Assembly (NCBI GenBank): GCA_002269645.1
Contig: NIVC01001751.1
Span: 62,001-126,000 of the forward strand
Direction of reading: 5' to 3'
Source of the DNA: Macrostomum lignano
Taxonomy: Eukaryota
DNA length: 64,000 nt
Of the stretch, positions 35,401 to 47,150 are shown in pieces. The notes beneath the pieces are model-generated. The model was not told where the DNA came from and ran no database searches. It saw only the letters and a program-made list of their open reading frames with translations. The translations under genes and the position numbers were made by a program. Each line of letters begins with the position of its first letter. Within the stretch, counting starts at the first letter, position 1.

Positions 35401-37490
35401 ACCCCTAAGCTACCGCACCACTAAGCTACCGCACCCCTAAGCTACCCTCCCAGCTTAGCAGCTTCAAGCAGCCATGAGCGCCAGCACCCATCGCTGAACC
35501 GCAGAGTGGCAGCGCTTCGGCTGACCTATTTGCCAGAAGCGGAAATCCGGGCTACCTGACCGGCCAGCCGCTCCTTGCCGGAGTGGCAAATTCCACATCT
35601 CGGACAGTCGGCCCGGTGTCCGGCCCGGACCGTTGGCGCCTCAACCTGCCGCCGGTGGATGCCAACGGCGCCTGCAACGACGCTGCCGTGGGCAGCTCGG
35701 TGGGCCAGGCGGTGCTGTTCGGGGAGAACATCCGGGCCAGCTGCCGGCGGACCCTGTCCTGGAATGCCACCAGAAACCAGCTGATCAGCTCGTGCAGCTC
35801 GGTGAATTCCGCAATCCAGCGCTCTCTGATCGGCCTGGGCTTCGGCGGCAACATCTCCCTGGCCGCGTTCGGCAACGCCAGCGCCGCCAACTCCAGCGAC
35901 TGGCTGACGGTCAGCGTGGATCCGACATCGTGCGTGCAGCCCAGCCCGGGCCAGGCGGCCACGGCCTGCACCAACATGATCCTGGGCGGCCGGCTGGAGC
36001 TGCTGATGGCCCGGGCTGGCTCGCTGTCCAATGCGCAGAGCAAACTGGTGGCCGCCAGACTGTCCTGCGATGTTGGCACGATCGCGTTTCCGGCAAGTAC
36101 CTCGCTTTGATGGCCTGGGTCGGGGTCCGCTAGCAGTTTATTGTCTAAGGTTTCACTACTGATTTTGAGACATGGTGCCACCCGCTGAAGGTGACGAAAG
36201 CGTCGGAGTGATGTCGGAATGCTTGAGAGACTACTTGCGGGTAACCCAGCAGTTGAGGCTTGCCCATTGTCGAGGTTTGATCAGAGACATCAGTGAAATT
36301 CCTAATAGGGTATCCATAGTCACCTATATAGTCCACCTGGATGAAGGCCAGTGATCAACAAAGTCAGACCTGATGCAGACATACAGTATGTGGTCGACGT
36401 GCTGATGAAATTTGGAGGCTCGGCGCAGTGCTGATTGGCGCACAGGGGTGTATTCAATACACCAGCGCTTGTATGAAAAATCCGACCTGTTGAATATCTC
36501 GACGTTTCAGAGGTCTAGCGACTTAATTCTTGTTTGAGAAGGTGCTCAACAAAAATTAAGCCCGTGTTCTGAAATTTCGTGTGCCTGCGTTGCTCCGTTC
36601 AGGCGCAGCAAAAAAATTTCAGAGGGATCCCCCTTTAGTAGTTCCACTGCTAATATTGGTTCCGCCTAGGTGAAGGATCAACGCGTAGAAACTGAGGGTC
36701 CACCGCGGGTACCTCAATTTCGGACGAATGATCGACTCAGCTGTAGGGGGTTCCGGGCATCCGGATACAGCGGGGAGGCGTCGCCGCCCATTCCGCTAAT
36801 CCCTGGCGACCGTGGGCAGCTGGTGCTGCGGTGTCGCGCACGCAGATCCGGTGGTTCCGTTTTTTGCAGCGCGGTCCCCTCCGGGAGAGTCCAGAAGGTG
36901 GATGGTCGCTCGCCCGGTAGCCTTAAGGTAGCAGACGAGCTGGCAGAGGTTCTCGTGCCTGAAAAAAATCGGAGAGGTCCGGGTTTGGGCCGAGATAGGC
37001 GAGCCTGTCCTGAGTAAAGGCGAGATATTCGCAGATGAAGTCTTCCGCATTCTCGACACCCTGATGTTTCTGCGGTTGACTAATGAGAATTGACTGGGTA
37101 ATGAATTAAAGGTAATTGTAATTAAGGAGCTAACTATCCGGAATTCAACCGAATAGGCTTCCATTCGAAGGGATTCTGTTGATTTAGCTATAAACTTCTA
37201 ATTCGCCGACCACCCTGTCCGTCGTGCAGTGCGCCGCCGGGTCCTGCACCGCCGTCAGCGACGCCAGCACAATCAACTTTCTAACCTCCTACACCGTGTC
37301 CTTCATCGATGTCACTGGCGAATCGCTTGAAGGCGCTAAGCAGCGCCCAGTGTACCTGCTCCGGCTGCCCACCGACTTCTTCTATCCGCTCTACACCAGC
37401 CGCGGCGGCCGGGTGGCAGGCGGCTCGATCTCCATGCCGCTGTGTCTGCTGCTCCTGCTACTGCTGGTGCCTCCCAGCCCCGTGGCCTGA
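29449..37490 (+). CDS. TCTN1: Tectonic-family transition-zone protein (co-ortholog of TCTN1-3), 9 exons (~604 aa): 29449-29521, 30329-30452, 30549-30655, 30749-30897, 31664-31887, 33460-33625, 34265-34387, 35505-36092, 37230-37490
   Basis: Signal peptide MMVSSWIALFILSSVLCGVLS followed by the Cys motif CTCDLTSNACDTNCCCDPDC. Further motifs are FFCVYFD, DCVNVLSE.LRY, SGNPGYLTGQPLLAG, VLFGENIRASC, AAFGNA and VSFIDVT..LPTDFFYPL, with a hydrophobic tail. Splice phases are consistent (1815 nt). Confidence 0.92.
30930..31640. repeat. 36-bp/18-bp minisatellite (CCCTCCAGTGCTGAGTCTAACCCTCCAGTACTA) in a Tectonic intron
   Basis: Blocks of 36-mers flank a central block of 18-mers. Confidence 0.95.
32668..33398. 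repeat. Perfect 15-bp array (ACTCAGACACCATAG) x ~48 in a Tectonic intron
   Basis: No interior variants seen. It explains the IDSDT, SESMV and WCLSL ORFs. Confidence 0.99.
33690..33960. repeat. ~20-bp C-rich degenerate array (TTTCAATTTCCGCCCCCTAC)
   Basis: Direct reading. Confidence 0.88.
34000..34205 (+). mobile_element. Headless fragment of a second SINE family sharing the central domain and terminus of SINE family 1
   Basis: GAGGGCCAACCCC..GCACAGAGACTGTACATACCTGACGATTAGAAAGTCAGGGCTGATGTACACCCTGTGTGAG aligns with 19648-19730. The end CCAGGGTGCCCGCAGCCCTCC resembles 19847-19870. Confidence 0.6.
34515..35445. repeat. Two adjacent arrays: degenerate CTCAGCTACCCTC(G) (34515-34790) and near-perfect 16-mer TAAGCTACCGCACCCC x ~39 (34810-35445)
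   Basis: Direct reading. Both arrays share the AGCTACC core. Confidence 0.96.
36735..37085 (-). mobile_element. Diverged 3' fragment of a LOA/R1-like LINE inside the last Tectonic intron
   Basis: Translates ENAEDFICEYLAFTQDRLAYLGPNP and LVCYLKATGRA, matching EDAQHFVCHCPFFNRDRLRYLGPNP and LIQFLRATRRA of the 55.7-61.5 kb LINE. It has the same 3' UTR hairpin and a CCTACAGCTGAGTC tail. Confidence 0.78.
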
Positions 37491-38849
37491 TGACCGCCGG
37501 CCCCAAAGGTAATTGCTGCTGGAAGTTGCTTTCTTTGCTGCATCATTAAGAAAAGAAACGCCAACAGAAACATATAGTAAAAGTTTGTTGCCAACGCATT
37601 TCGTCTATCATAGACGTCGTCAGGCCCAATTCAATTGAAGTGATCTTCGCACACCAGTATATTTAAGAACAAGCTGTACTATCCGAAATCGGGTTAGAAC
37701 AATCTGGTAGAGTTTCAAAACGAGCATAAGTACAGAACGAAGGGAGAGAGAGAATAGACACGGTACTGCTCACAGTACTCTGAGCTCACGCTCCACCCCA
37801 TTGCCAGCTAGCTGCACATTCAAGTTGGGTTTGTGCATTCTGATACACGAAGCTACAATAATCTGAGGCTTATGGCCAAATTTGGACCCATCTAACACTT
37901 TGAATAGCTGAATCGGCTTCCTGTCGCAACACAAACTCCGGCCCGCGAAGTCTCTCTAATCCGGCCCTCGGTTACTTTGAAACTTCACAATAGCAACCAG
38001 GGCCCACTCTCGCCTCTATCTTCTGTCCTCTCATCTTATCGTTTCTCTTCTCTCTACTGTTGAGGTATAAAAAGTCTGCCGATAAAAAAAATTTCGCGGA
38101 TGCTTTGTGCGCCTGCGGTGCTCCAACTCTGATTACATTTTGCATACAACCCGTTAACTTTCAGAGGTCGGTTCTGTAAGGTCAAGATCTGCATGGCAGC
38201 CAGTCACGTGACTGCTGGGACTTGCTTCGATCTAAAATGGTATTTTACTCTCTGGCGGAGCGCTGGCGTTCCTGCTGCCACGAGCTGTTGAATTTCAACA
38301 ACGCGTATTTGCATGTACTCGCTTTCGCCCCGGATGTACTTTGAGTCTTTTCGGCTGTTATGTACTAAGTATGTTATATCATGCCATGTTACAGTTATGT
38401 TATATCAACAAGAGATTTACTAGCTCGTATAGTTGATAGCAGTTTTCACTTTTTTCACGCAGCGTCTGTCTGTCACCAGTTTGTATTATTGATATAAATT
38501 TATTCATTACTGAGATATAAGACTATGCACAGCGAATAGGCATGTGCATGCAATTCTGAAACTATTACGGGTAATTGCAAACGTAACGAAAATAAAAAGA
38601 ATTATTTTTAAACTCAATCTTATCGTATATGTCCTGAAATGACTGACTGAATGACTGAAATGACCAAAAACAGACTTTTTTATGACCGAGATGTCAACTT
38701 TTTATGACCGGATCATCAAAATAACTGAATTCTAATTCAATCAATTCGATATTAACTCATTTTGCATTACACAGGCATCAACTAAATTGCAAAACAAAGT
38801 CTGTCAAAGGCACAATAGTTAGGCCTGATGGAAACCGAAGCTCGATTGT

Positions 38850-39629
38850 TTAAGACTCAGCCGGCCAATTCTTTGGATGGTTCTTCACTCTAACATTGAT
38901 GATGTAGTCATCCGGACTCGGCCGTTTTGGGAACAGCGCTTCGTTCTTTGACGCCTTCTTTGCGACTTTCTTTGCGATCCTTTTCACTCGCTTTCTCTCC
39001 CGCTTGGCCTGCTTCCTCTGCTGCTTCTCCTCCTCCTTCAGCTTCTTCTTCTCCTCGTCAGTTAATGCGGCTTCCGGCTTTCCCTGCTCCGACTTCGCAT
39101 CCTCGGTGGCAGCGGCTTCAGACTTTGTATCTGTTTGAGCTGCAGACTCCTCCTGATCCTCTTCCGCCTGCTCCAGCTCGCCTTCCTCATATTCGCCCTC
39201 TTCGACTTCATCCCTTGTGTCGCTGTCCGTGACTTCGACTTCAATTTGCGAATTACTGTCCTCTGCAGTTGCCAGCAGAATACAGGTTTCGTCCGACGAG
39301 ACTTCCCCTGGACTGCCTTCAATGACTTCCTGCTTCTTCTTTGCCGATATCTCACCAGCTTCTGCGTCATCCGAAGGCTGCGATTCTTTGGTTTCACTCT
39401 CGGCGGCGGCAGTCGGTTCATTTGTCGAAGCTGCTGAATCCTTGGCGTCGTTAGCGTTTTCGCCACTGGTGCTAGTAGCATCCGCAAGTTCAGCAGAATG
39501 ATCGGCATTGTGATGCATCATTGCTTCTTGAAGGCCCTCGTCGCAATCGACATCATCCGCCGCAAAGCTTGTTGTAGCGCTGCTGACGTTCAACTCTCTG
39601 GGATTTACCGTCATGGCTTGCCGCACCAT
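38850..39629 (-). CDS. Intronless hypothetical protein (259 aa), acidic N-terminal part and basic coiled-coil-like C-terminus
   Basis: A GC-rich ORF in AT-rich flanks, with ATG context CACAATGG and an AATAAA about 350 nt downstream. No recognised domain. Confidence 0.55.
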   Translation of the reverse strand: MVRQAMTVNPRELNVSSATTSFAADDVDCDEGLQEAMMHHNADHSAELADATSTSGENANDAKDSAASTNEPTAAAESETKESQPSDDAEAGEISAKKKQEVIEGSPGEVSSDETCILLATAEDSNSQIEVEVTDSDTRDEVEEGEYEEGELEQAEEDQEESAAQTDTKSEAAATEDAKSEQGKPEAALTDEEKKKLKEEEKQQRKQAKRERKRVKRIAKKVAKKASKNEALFPKRPSPDDYIINVRVKNHPKNWPAES

Positions 39630-39842
39630 TGTGAAACCCGCTTTGATTTATCTGATCAGCTCAAGAATGACTCTGAACGAGAAAAGCTCCTACGTCATCC
39701 GGAATTTAGTGTAATCCGTGGTTATTAGGAAAATTATTCTAGAAAATATTCTTCTGTAATAATTTGAGATATGCACGTGGCTTTGGCCATAGAAATTAAA
39801 GATTTTTGGTGCAACATTATATTAGATATAAATTACAGCTAG

Positions 39843-40040
39843 CACTGATAAACTCAGGATGCGGAACTTAAACTTGGTAGGAATTTTTTCAAGGCCCGCC
39901 TGAAAGCATTTTCTATGGTCATAAGTCTCTAACTAATTGGAGTGCAACACTAATAACTATTCAAAGCCAGCAGTATGGCTGATTTTAGAATGGTACAAAT
40001 TCCTACCAAGTTTAAGTTCTGCGTCGTGAGTTTTTCAGTA
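39843..40040. mobile_element. ~200-bp MITE-like element with ~45-bp inverted termini
   Basis: CACTGATAAACTCAGGATGCGGAACTTAAACTTGGTAGGAATTT versus (rc) TACTGAAAAACTCACGACGCAGAACTTAAACTTGGTAGGAATTT. Confidence 0.7.
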
Positions 40041-40112
40041 GTAACAATAAGCAATTAAGCGACGAAAATATTTATGCGAATCTTAGCTACAAGTATTTAA
40101 CTTGACTCCAAA

Positions 40113-41040
40113 TTAAGCAGTAAGCCTTGACATCTCAGAAATCCCCCAGTAAGCCTTGGCATTCGACACGTTTGACGTGACGCAACTTTTAAGTTAACTT
40201 TTAGCTTAATATTTTTAATTTAATCATTTTCTTTGCTAGTGCAATAATCCTTGTCTCGTCCAGTGCAATAATCATTTTCTTATTTGGTGCAATAATAATC
40301 CCTTTCTAAGCATAAGTGCAATAATCTCTTTTTCAGCCGCTACATTCAGATCGCTGCATTAGCAGTTCAGTCTGTTCACATACAGGCTATATAAGCTCTC
40401 ATCGAATTTTAAAATGAATTTTGGCGCTTATAAGTCAACAGTCGACACACCAAAACAGTTAAATTAAAGTCATACAGTATCAGTTTCAACTAAAGTTAAA
40501 ACAAATGGTTGCGAAATCTGCATGTACATGTAAATCAAGTCTGGTGCTACTGTATGCTTCCAGATTGTGTTTTCTGGATATAGCTATAGCTATATATTAT
40601 AGTATATGGACAGTGGTCCTTGATTGCGTCATGAGCTCTGATTTAGCCAGTATACAGACGATAAATAAAAAGCCTAGTATGATGCAATCAGAATCTGAAT
40701 CTGAATTCAACCAGTCAGTTTTTTCTCTACATGCAGCATTCTTACAAATAATGCATTTCAAGCCGAAAAGTCTGCTTGACTTTGCAAAAAGCATGGTGTT
40801 TTACGAATATTTAATCCCTTTACCATTGAGCAATTTCTTAGCCAAGACACATGGGCCGTCATGGGAAAATCGGTTGAGCCGCGCTTCTCTCTGAAATCAA
40901 TCGGCGACAATCGCATAATGGATGTAACGACAAACAACTCTATCATTTTTAGTTTAGTTAGCTAGTAGGATAGGATTTAGTATATTTTAGTATATTTTAG
41001 GATTTAGTAGATAGAAATATTAGAGATTTAGTATATTTTG
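40113..41040 (-). mobile_element. Partial copy of the non-autonomous Helitron family, homologous to 48360-51621
   Basis: 40330-40880 aligns with 51020-51555 (e.g. GATCGCTGCATTAGCAG, GATGCAATC..GAATTCAACCAG, GAAAATCGGTTGAGCCG). It has only ~4 degenerate AGTGCAATAATC units, and its CCTTGACATCTCAG repeat is shared with 17470-17580. Confidence 0.68.
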
Positions 41041-42719
41041 ATTTATTTTGAGCTTTAGAATAACGCTAAACATTATTTCACCGGTACCGGACAAATAACG
41101 AGGGCCTTAGAATATATATGTACAACGCCAAAAAGTTTGCAAATGCGTGTGTTTAAAAATTTACTTATTGCAGCTACTGTAAGAATAGATAGATAGTCAA
41201 ATATTTTTTATTATTTGTGTCTTGCAATTTGTTGTAATGATAAAAAAGCATTTTCGAACTTTTCTTTTTCTTAGAAATACCCAATATCAATTTACTGGCG
41301 TGGAACTTATAATATGCTTACTTATGCTTACTATGCTTAACTTATAGTATGCCACAAATGAAAAAAAAACTCAGAAAAGAGCTCTCCGGAGCTGCTAAAA
41401 TTTACGATGTCATGTACAGTTAAATTTATTTACCTGAATATTCAGCATGTTTTATATACATGTATAGCAGTAAAGTACTGAGTCCGCGTTTTCTTATTCC
41501 CACCATCACGATTCACGTCCTTGGTACCGTTGCTTGGCGCATTTCTGCAGAGAAGTTTCTATTTCTATAGAAAAAAATTCTATTTTATGACCATAAGTCG
41601 TTAGATGGTTTTTAAGGCCTTCAAACAGTATATTTACATGTATACAATAATCGCCAAATATTATGAGCAATCCTTATACTCAATATTTTTCATTGACAGA
41701 TGAATGCATACAATCTATTGCATTTTGGATGAACCCTTGTTTGCATCAAAGCCATACGGTACCTGTTTTTAGTCCATCTGTAAAAACTGCAAAAAACCCT
41801 ATGTGCTCTTTCAAATTTTATATTTTATACAATTTTGTTGTCATCTAATTAATATCTATATAATTTACTTTTATAACGTAAGGACTAAGCTGTTTTGTGC
41901 AATACCGCCAACTACATGCATAAATTTCACGCAATACTTTTTTAACTCCTTGCTTTTTCTTTCGCTTCGTTATGTACTAGTGCTATGCCTTTATCATAGT
42001 ATACTCGAATGTTCTTTCAATGTAATAACTGTATATTCGAATCTTTCTTAGAAACTGAATCTACGCGAACGCCAAATAATAGTTTGTTTTAATGCGCGAA
42101 ATAAATTGGAGAATTATTTTTTTGTTTTAATCGTATGTGGGGAAAATCACTATATATAGGAGCGGTTTTGCGACAAATATACTCTAACTGTCTTTTACTC
42201 GTGAGCAAATAATTGCGAACAGAATAAGCAGTTCAATCTAAACCATTTCAAAGTCTTTGAGCTAAATAGCGACTTATTTATTTGCAAAACCTGTGAAACG
42301 ATTCTAAGAAATTTGCTAAGAGAAGGGAATTGGGACTAATTCTTGGAGATATACCAAGAGAGGCGCCGTGACCCTCTAGTCTCGGTGAACGCCCGATTAG
42401 GACTATACACTAATACATATACCAGTACTAGACCGCTCAGGCCATAAGCTACCAGAAACGCTACTAAGAACGCTACCCAGAAATATTTAAATGAAATTCT
42501 AAGAAATAGTTAGGGAGTAAAAGCAAGTATAATCAGGATAACTGTAGTTGGCAAATCGGTGGGATTAAAATTCATAAAGTAAGAGGTGAAAGGCCTGTAA
42601 CAACTTTGGTGGCAGCTCGTAGGATATTTAATAAACACTAATAGTTAGAAGTTTAGAAAGACAGAGCCAAAAGGCCTGTCACAGTTAATTGTGCAAGTTT
42701 TGTTAATAACATTTCCGCA

Positions 42720-42860
42720 TTTTTTTTTCAAATACTATATTGCAAAACTGGTACTAATCATAATTAAATAACTAATGCTAAAATATTGTATCCTATTCCT
42801 GAAGTAATCTTAAATACACAGAAATATATTGGCCAAACAGGCTTCTTGCCTGAGCCAAAA
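42720..42860 (+). mobile_element. 3' tail of a LINE/SINE related to the 8-15 kb LINE
   Basis: TTCAAATACTATATTGCAAAACT and GGCCAAACAGGCTTCTTGCCTGAGCCAAA(A)n match the rejoined 3' UTR of the 8078-15190 element. Confidence 0.62.
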
Positions 42861-42884
42861 AAAATAATAATATGTGCGACATGA

Positions 42885-43071
42885 CTAGTGGCATACATGC
42901 GTAACCTTGGGAATCACTTGGCCATTTCTATTGGCAATACACATATGTAAGTCGCTATTGGCTGAGAGTAGTCACGTGACTACTATTCCGGCCAATAGTG
43001 ACTTACATGTGTGTGTTGCCAATCAATAGAAATGGTCGGGTGAATCCCTAGGTTGCGCCCAAGTATGCTAG
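42885..43071. mobile_element. Spacerless foldback (palindromic MITE-like) element centred on GTCACGTGAC
   Basis: About 90-bp imperfect arms around the axis at 42975/42976. Confidence 0.78.
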
Positions 43072-43091
43072 TGACCACTGACCAGCAGGCA

Positions 43092-43437
43092 GCTTGCTCC
43101 ATCAATATTCATAAAGCTTTTTGTTCAAAGAATTAGGATTTTATGTTAATTTTTTATTTTACTATACATTTTCTATATCCAACAATCATAAAAATGCATG
43201 GCACAGCTCCAATCTTTGGTTTTATGAATCTATTTTATCATCTCTGTTACAAATATTTGTTACACAGTCAGCTAAGAATGATTAAAATAGACTCATAAAA
43301 CCAAACAGCACAGTGTGCCATTTTAATGGTTTTTAGGCACAAGATACATGCAAATGTACATAGAATAAAAATTAGGCCTAATATAAAATCTAATTCTTTG
43401 AACAAAAAGCTTAATGAATATCAATAGAGCAATAAGA
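43092..43437. mobile_element. Second foldback/MITE-like element with long imperfect inverted arms
   Basis: AATATTCATAAAGCTTTTTGTTCAAAGAATTAG versus (rc) GATATTCATTAAGCTTTTTGTTCAAAGAATTAG. An inner arm pair TTTGGTTTTATGA(A/G)TCTATTTTA is also present. Confidence 0.72.
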
Positions 43438-44378
43438 AAGGCACAACATATCAAAAGATGAACACTGGATCTGCCTCCAATCAAAAGCAATAACATTTTT
43501 GTGCTAAAAAATGAAAACTTCCTATCTCCATAGTGTATTTTTTGAAAATGCTTGCCTTCATAAATTTTCTAAGAAACAAGGTTCCTCATCCTTCTAAAGT
43601 CGTCCTTGGCAATACCATTGGGGACCAAACATTTCTATGAAAATTTGCTTCCAAGAACTATGCACATTTTAAATAAATTTGACATTGCATTACCACTTCT
43701 CATATTCTCTGGCTGGTTCAGCTAAAATTTGCAGAGTTGCCATAATGTCTGGTTGACGAAATGCAGGTTGACAAAATGCCAGTTGACAAAATGTCCAGTA
43801 ATGAGTAAATTATGTATGTTTGTTTTAACTCTAAAAAGTGCATTCACTGCAGACCACAAAATTCTAGGACCCGCATCTAATTTGTCTACTAGAAAAAGTT
43901 GTTTTGTTTGCCCCTTTGCCAGCAGATGAAATCACTGCATATCCTTCAATTGACCCCCTTAATGTGGCCTCCTTAATAGAAAATCCTAGATATGCCATTG
44001 CCATATATAGGCATATAAGTTAATATATTCCTTATTAGGATTAGTATTCTACAAAAACTATAGATATATAAAAAAAGCTTTTAGATGTGCCACACTATGC
44101 AAGCAATTTTTTTCAAGATTGTAACATTACTATACTATACTACCACTATTTGTGCTTTTTTATGCTAGTACTTAATACTAGGCTAGTACTAGTAGTAGGC
44201 CTACATGGTATTTTATTTTCATATTGTATCAACACTAAAGTTGAAAACTATATTAGATAACATTTGCAAAAAAGACTAGTTAGTCCAATATGGTTAATAA
44301 CTTAATATATAAGTATACTTACCATATAGAGGCACATAACTCAAAAAATGCTATACTTAAGGAAAACTCTTATTTGTA

Positions 44379-45366
44379 AAAGGGGTGTCCAAAAAGTAGT
44401 GGTACTTTTAACCGTAGCTCTTGTTCTATAGCTTCCTGTGATTTAAAATTTTATGAACTGATAGTGGCAAATCTCTTCTACAGACTGCTTTTTGAATTTA
44501 AAAAATTGATATTAGAGAACAAAAGTTATACCCACAAAAGTAACAGTACCTGTACCATAGAGTTACACAAACTATATTGAAATTTATAATAGTCAACTTC
44601 TGCACTCATTCATTAAGAAGGCATCAATAAATGTCTTGTTTAAGCAATACCAAAGCCCAATTGCAAAATGATACTCACTGTGACTGACTGAAATTTGTCT
44701 ATGGATAAGATCATACGCAGAAAAATAAAGCATTAAATTCATTAATTTACTTGCAAACAGAGGAGCTTGCATTTTGTGATTTGTTCATGATTTCATTGCC
44801 CATACTCAACAACACACATGGATGTGCACTCAGTTGTTGCTTAGCAAAGTACCATCTTCACTCTTTGGGGCGCTGGCCATAGTGCCTTAGAAATTCATGC
44901 AATCTTTGCTCTGCACATGGATCCTCTGCGGTCAGCAAAATGATAGTTTATCTATGGATTGAGCAGTTCAGCGAGGGAAGGACTGACTTGGCAGATCAGC
45001 ATCAGACGGGGTGGCCATACATTCATCAACCTGATGTACTGGTAGACTCCATTCTGGATCTTCTTGACAAGGACTCCCAAATGACCATTAGAGAGATTGC
45101 TGACAGGTTGGACAAGCCAAAATCAACAATTCATTGAAGCTTACTCAGCATGGATCTTGTGAAGCTCAGCCTATAATTTGTACTATATGGTATAGGTACT
45201 GTTACTTTCATGGGTATAACTTTTGTTCTCTGGTATCAATTTTAAAAATTCAAAAAGCAGTCTGTAGAAGAGATTTGCCGCTATCAGTTCAAAAAATTTT
45301 AAATCACAGGAAGCTATAGAACAAGAGCTACGGTTAAAAGTATCACTACTTTTTGGATACCCCTCA
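44379..45366 (+). mobile_element. Internally deleted mariner-like element with ~180-bp TIRs, retaining a decayed HTH coding segment
   Basis: TA-flanked, with arms at 44379-44560 and 45184-45366. The internal translation VYLWIEQFSEGRTDLADQHQTGWP..MTIREIADRL resembles the mariner N-terminal DNA-binding region. Confidence 0.78.
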
Positions 45367-47150
45367 TAATAAGGTGTCTTAGGCAATCATGTGTCATATG
45401 CACATATTATGTAGCAAGGGGCTTACCAATCTTTTTTGATTGGCCTATATGTTGCTACATATACTAATTACTAATATATTAATTACTAATTATTTAATTA
45501 ATTAATTACTAATATACTAATACTTGGTACTAATTACTAATGCCATTATGCTATAGCAAAGAAGTTTTTTAGGCCTTGCCTAGAAGGGGTATGGTCTTGC
45601 CTAAAAGGGGTATTAATAGGAGATACTAATATCGATACTATACAATTTTATCCCCTTTTTCTATTTTATTCTTTAGACATCTCTTAGTTTATTGGCATAC
45701 AAGATTTAGATATAATCTAATCTGTCTAGCAATGGCATATAAAGCAAAACATTCTAGGGACTATAGTATATAAATAGGCTAATTAACTTTATATGAATAT
45801 ATTATAATTATATTATAGGTTAGATGGCCCAATTGCAATGCATAGACATTTTGGCAAATAGTATCTAGCAAAAATTATCTTGGTAATGCATAATAACATC
45901 GCATAGAATGAGATAGTTAAGTCTATATTGTAAGGAATACAAAATCCTATTTTGCCAATCCCAGATTTCTTGTGATTAGTATATCTTGGACTTCAAAAAT
46001 CTTTCAATAAACCTAACTTCAATGAATTAGGCCAGTATCCTGGGATTAAAAAAGCTTCTAATCTTTGTTAGTGCAATTTTGGTTTATAAAGCTGTGTAAT
46101 CTGATTCTATCTTTTCTAATTTCAATAATAAAATTAGAATCAAAATAAATTATTTTTCAAACAAGAAACTAACAGTGAGATTTAAATTGAGTGTGATATA
46201 TAGGCTGGCATAATAGATATGTTTTTATAGCTTAGGAAGATCACATTTGATTGTGATATAACCTGGGGAATGATAGCTTATGTTACAGAGCTATGGCCTG
46301 AAATACTAATATCAGGGTAAAAGGGGATTAGATCTCATCCTCCCAGGGCACCTGCCCTAGATAAAGAATTGGTAGCTTCAGTTTTGGTCCAATAACAAGG
46401 TTCTACCTGTCCAACCCATCCAAACTAGATAGGTAAAATGGCCACCAGCCAAGGTAAGTCACGAAATTGAAAATGCAGAAAACAAAAAAATGGGGGAAGA
46501 AAGAAAAGAGAGGAAGAGAAAAGGAAAAGAAAGGAGGAAAAAGAGAGAGAGGGAAAAGAGGAAAGATAAAGAGGAAGAGAAGAAAAGAGAAAAGGCAAGA
46601 AAAGTCATATACAAAGTGAAAATTAAGTTGCAATTGGGGGAATTAAGTTGCAATTGGGAGGAACTAAGTTGCTATATGTATACAAAACACATTATTACAT
46701 CTTAAAATTCTTTACAATCTGCTAATAGTTTCTGTTTCATATCCTTGCAGCCCTAGCATTCTACTCAGTAGCTTGCATAATTGAAAGGTTAATAAATTAA
46801 AGCAGGACAACTAGGTTATTATTTTTACCTGACAAGTATCTTAGCTTCAGATAATGCTACTTGAGAATGAATTATTGAATTATTGCAAAGCAGGATTGCA
46901 ATCCTAGTGGTCAATCCCAGGATTTGATTGACCAATAAAGATATTTGTCAATCAATAATATTGACCAATAAAACAATCAATATTCAATAAAGATATTGAT
47001 TTTGACTTTTTTAAACAAAAATTGGAATAGGTGATAAATTTTAAAAGTAATTTTATAACAATCTTTCTATCTAAATAAAGATAGGCTTGTATGTTGGTTT
47101 CCCAATTTCAACTTCAATTTCAATCCTGGCTAAATATTGCTGAATCACAG

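Noticed and set aside
30930-35445. CRISPR-like appearance of regular repeats
   Set aside because: There are no unique spacers or cas genes, and the context is eukaryotic introns.
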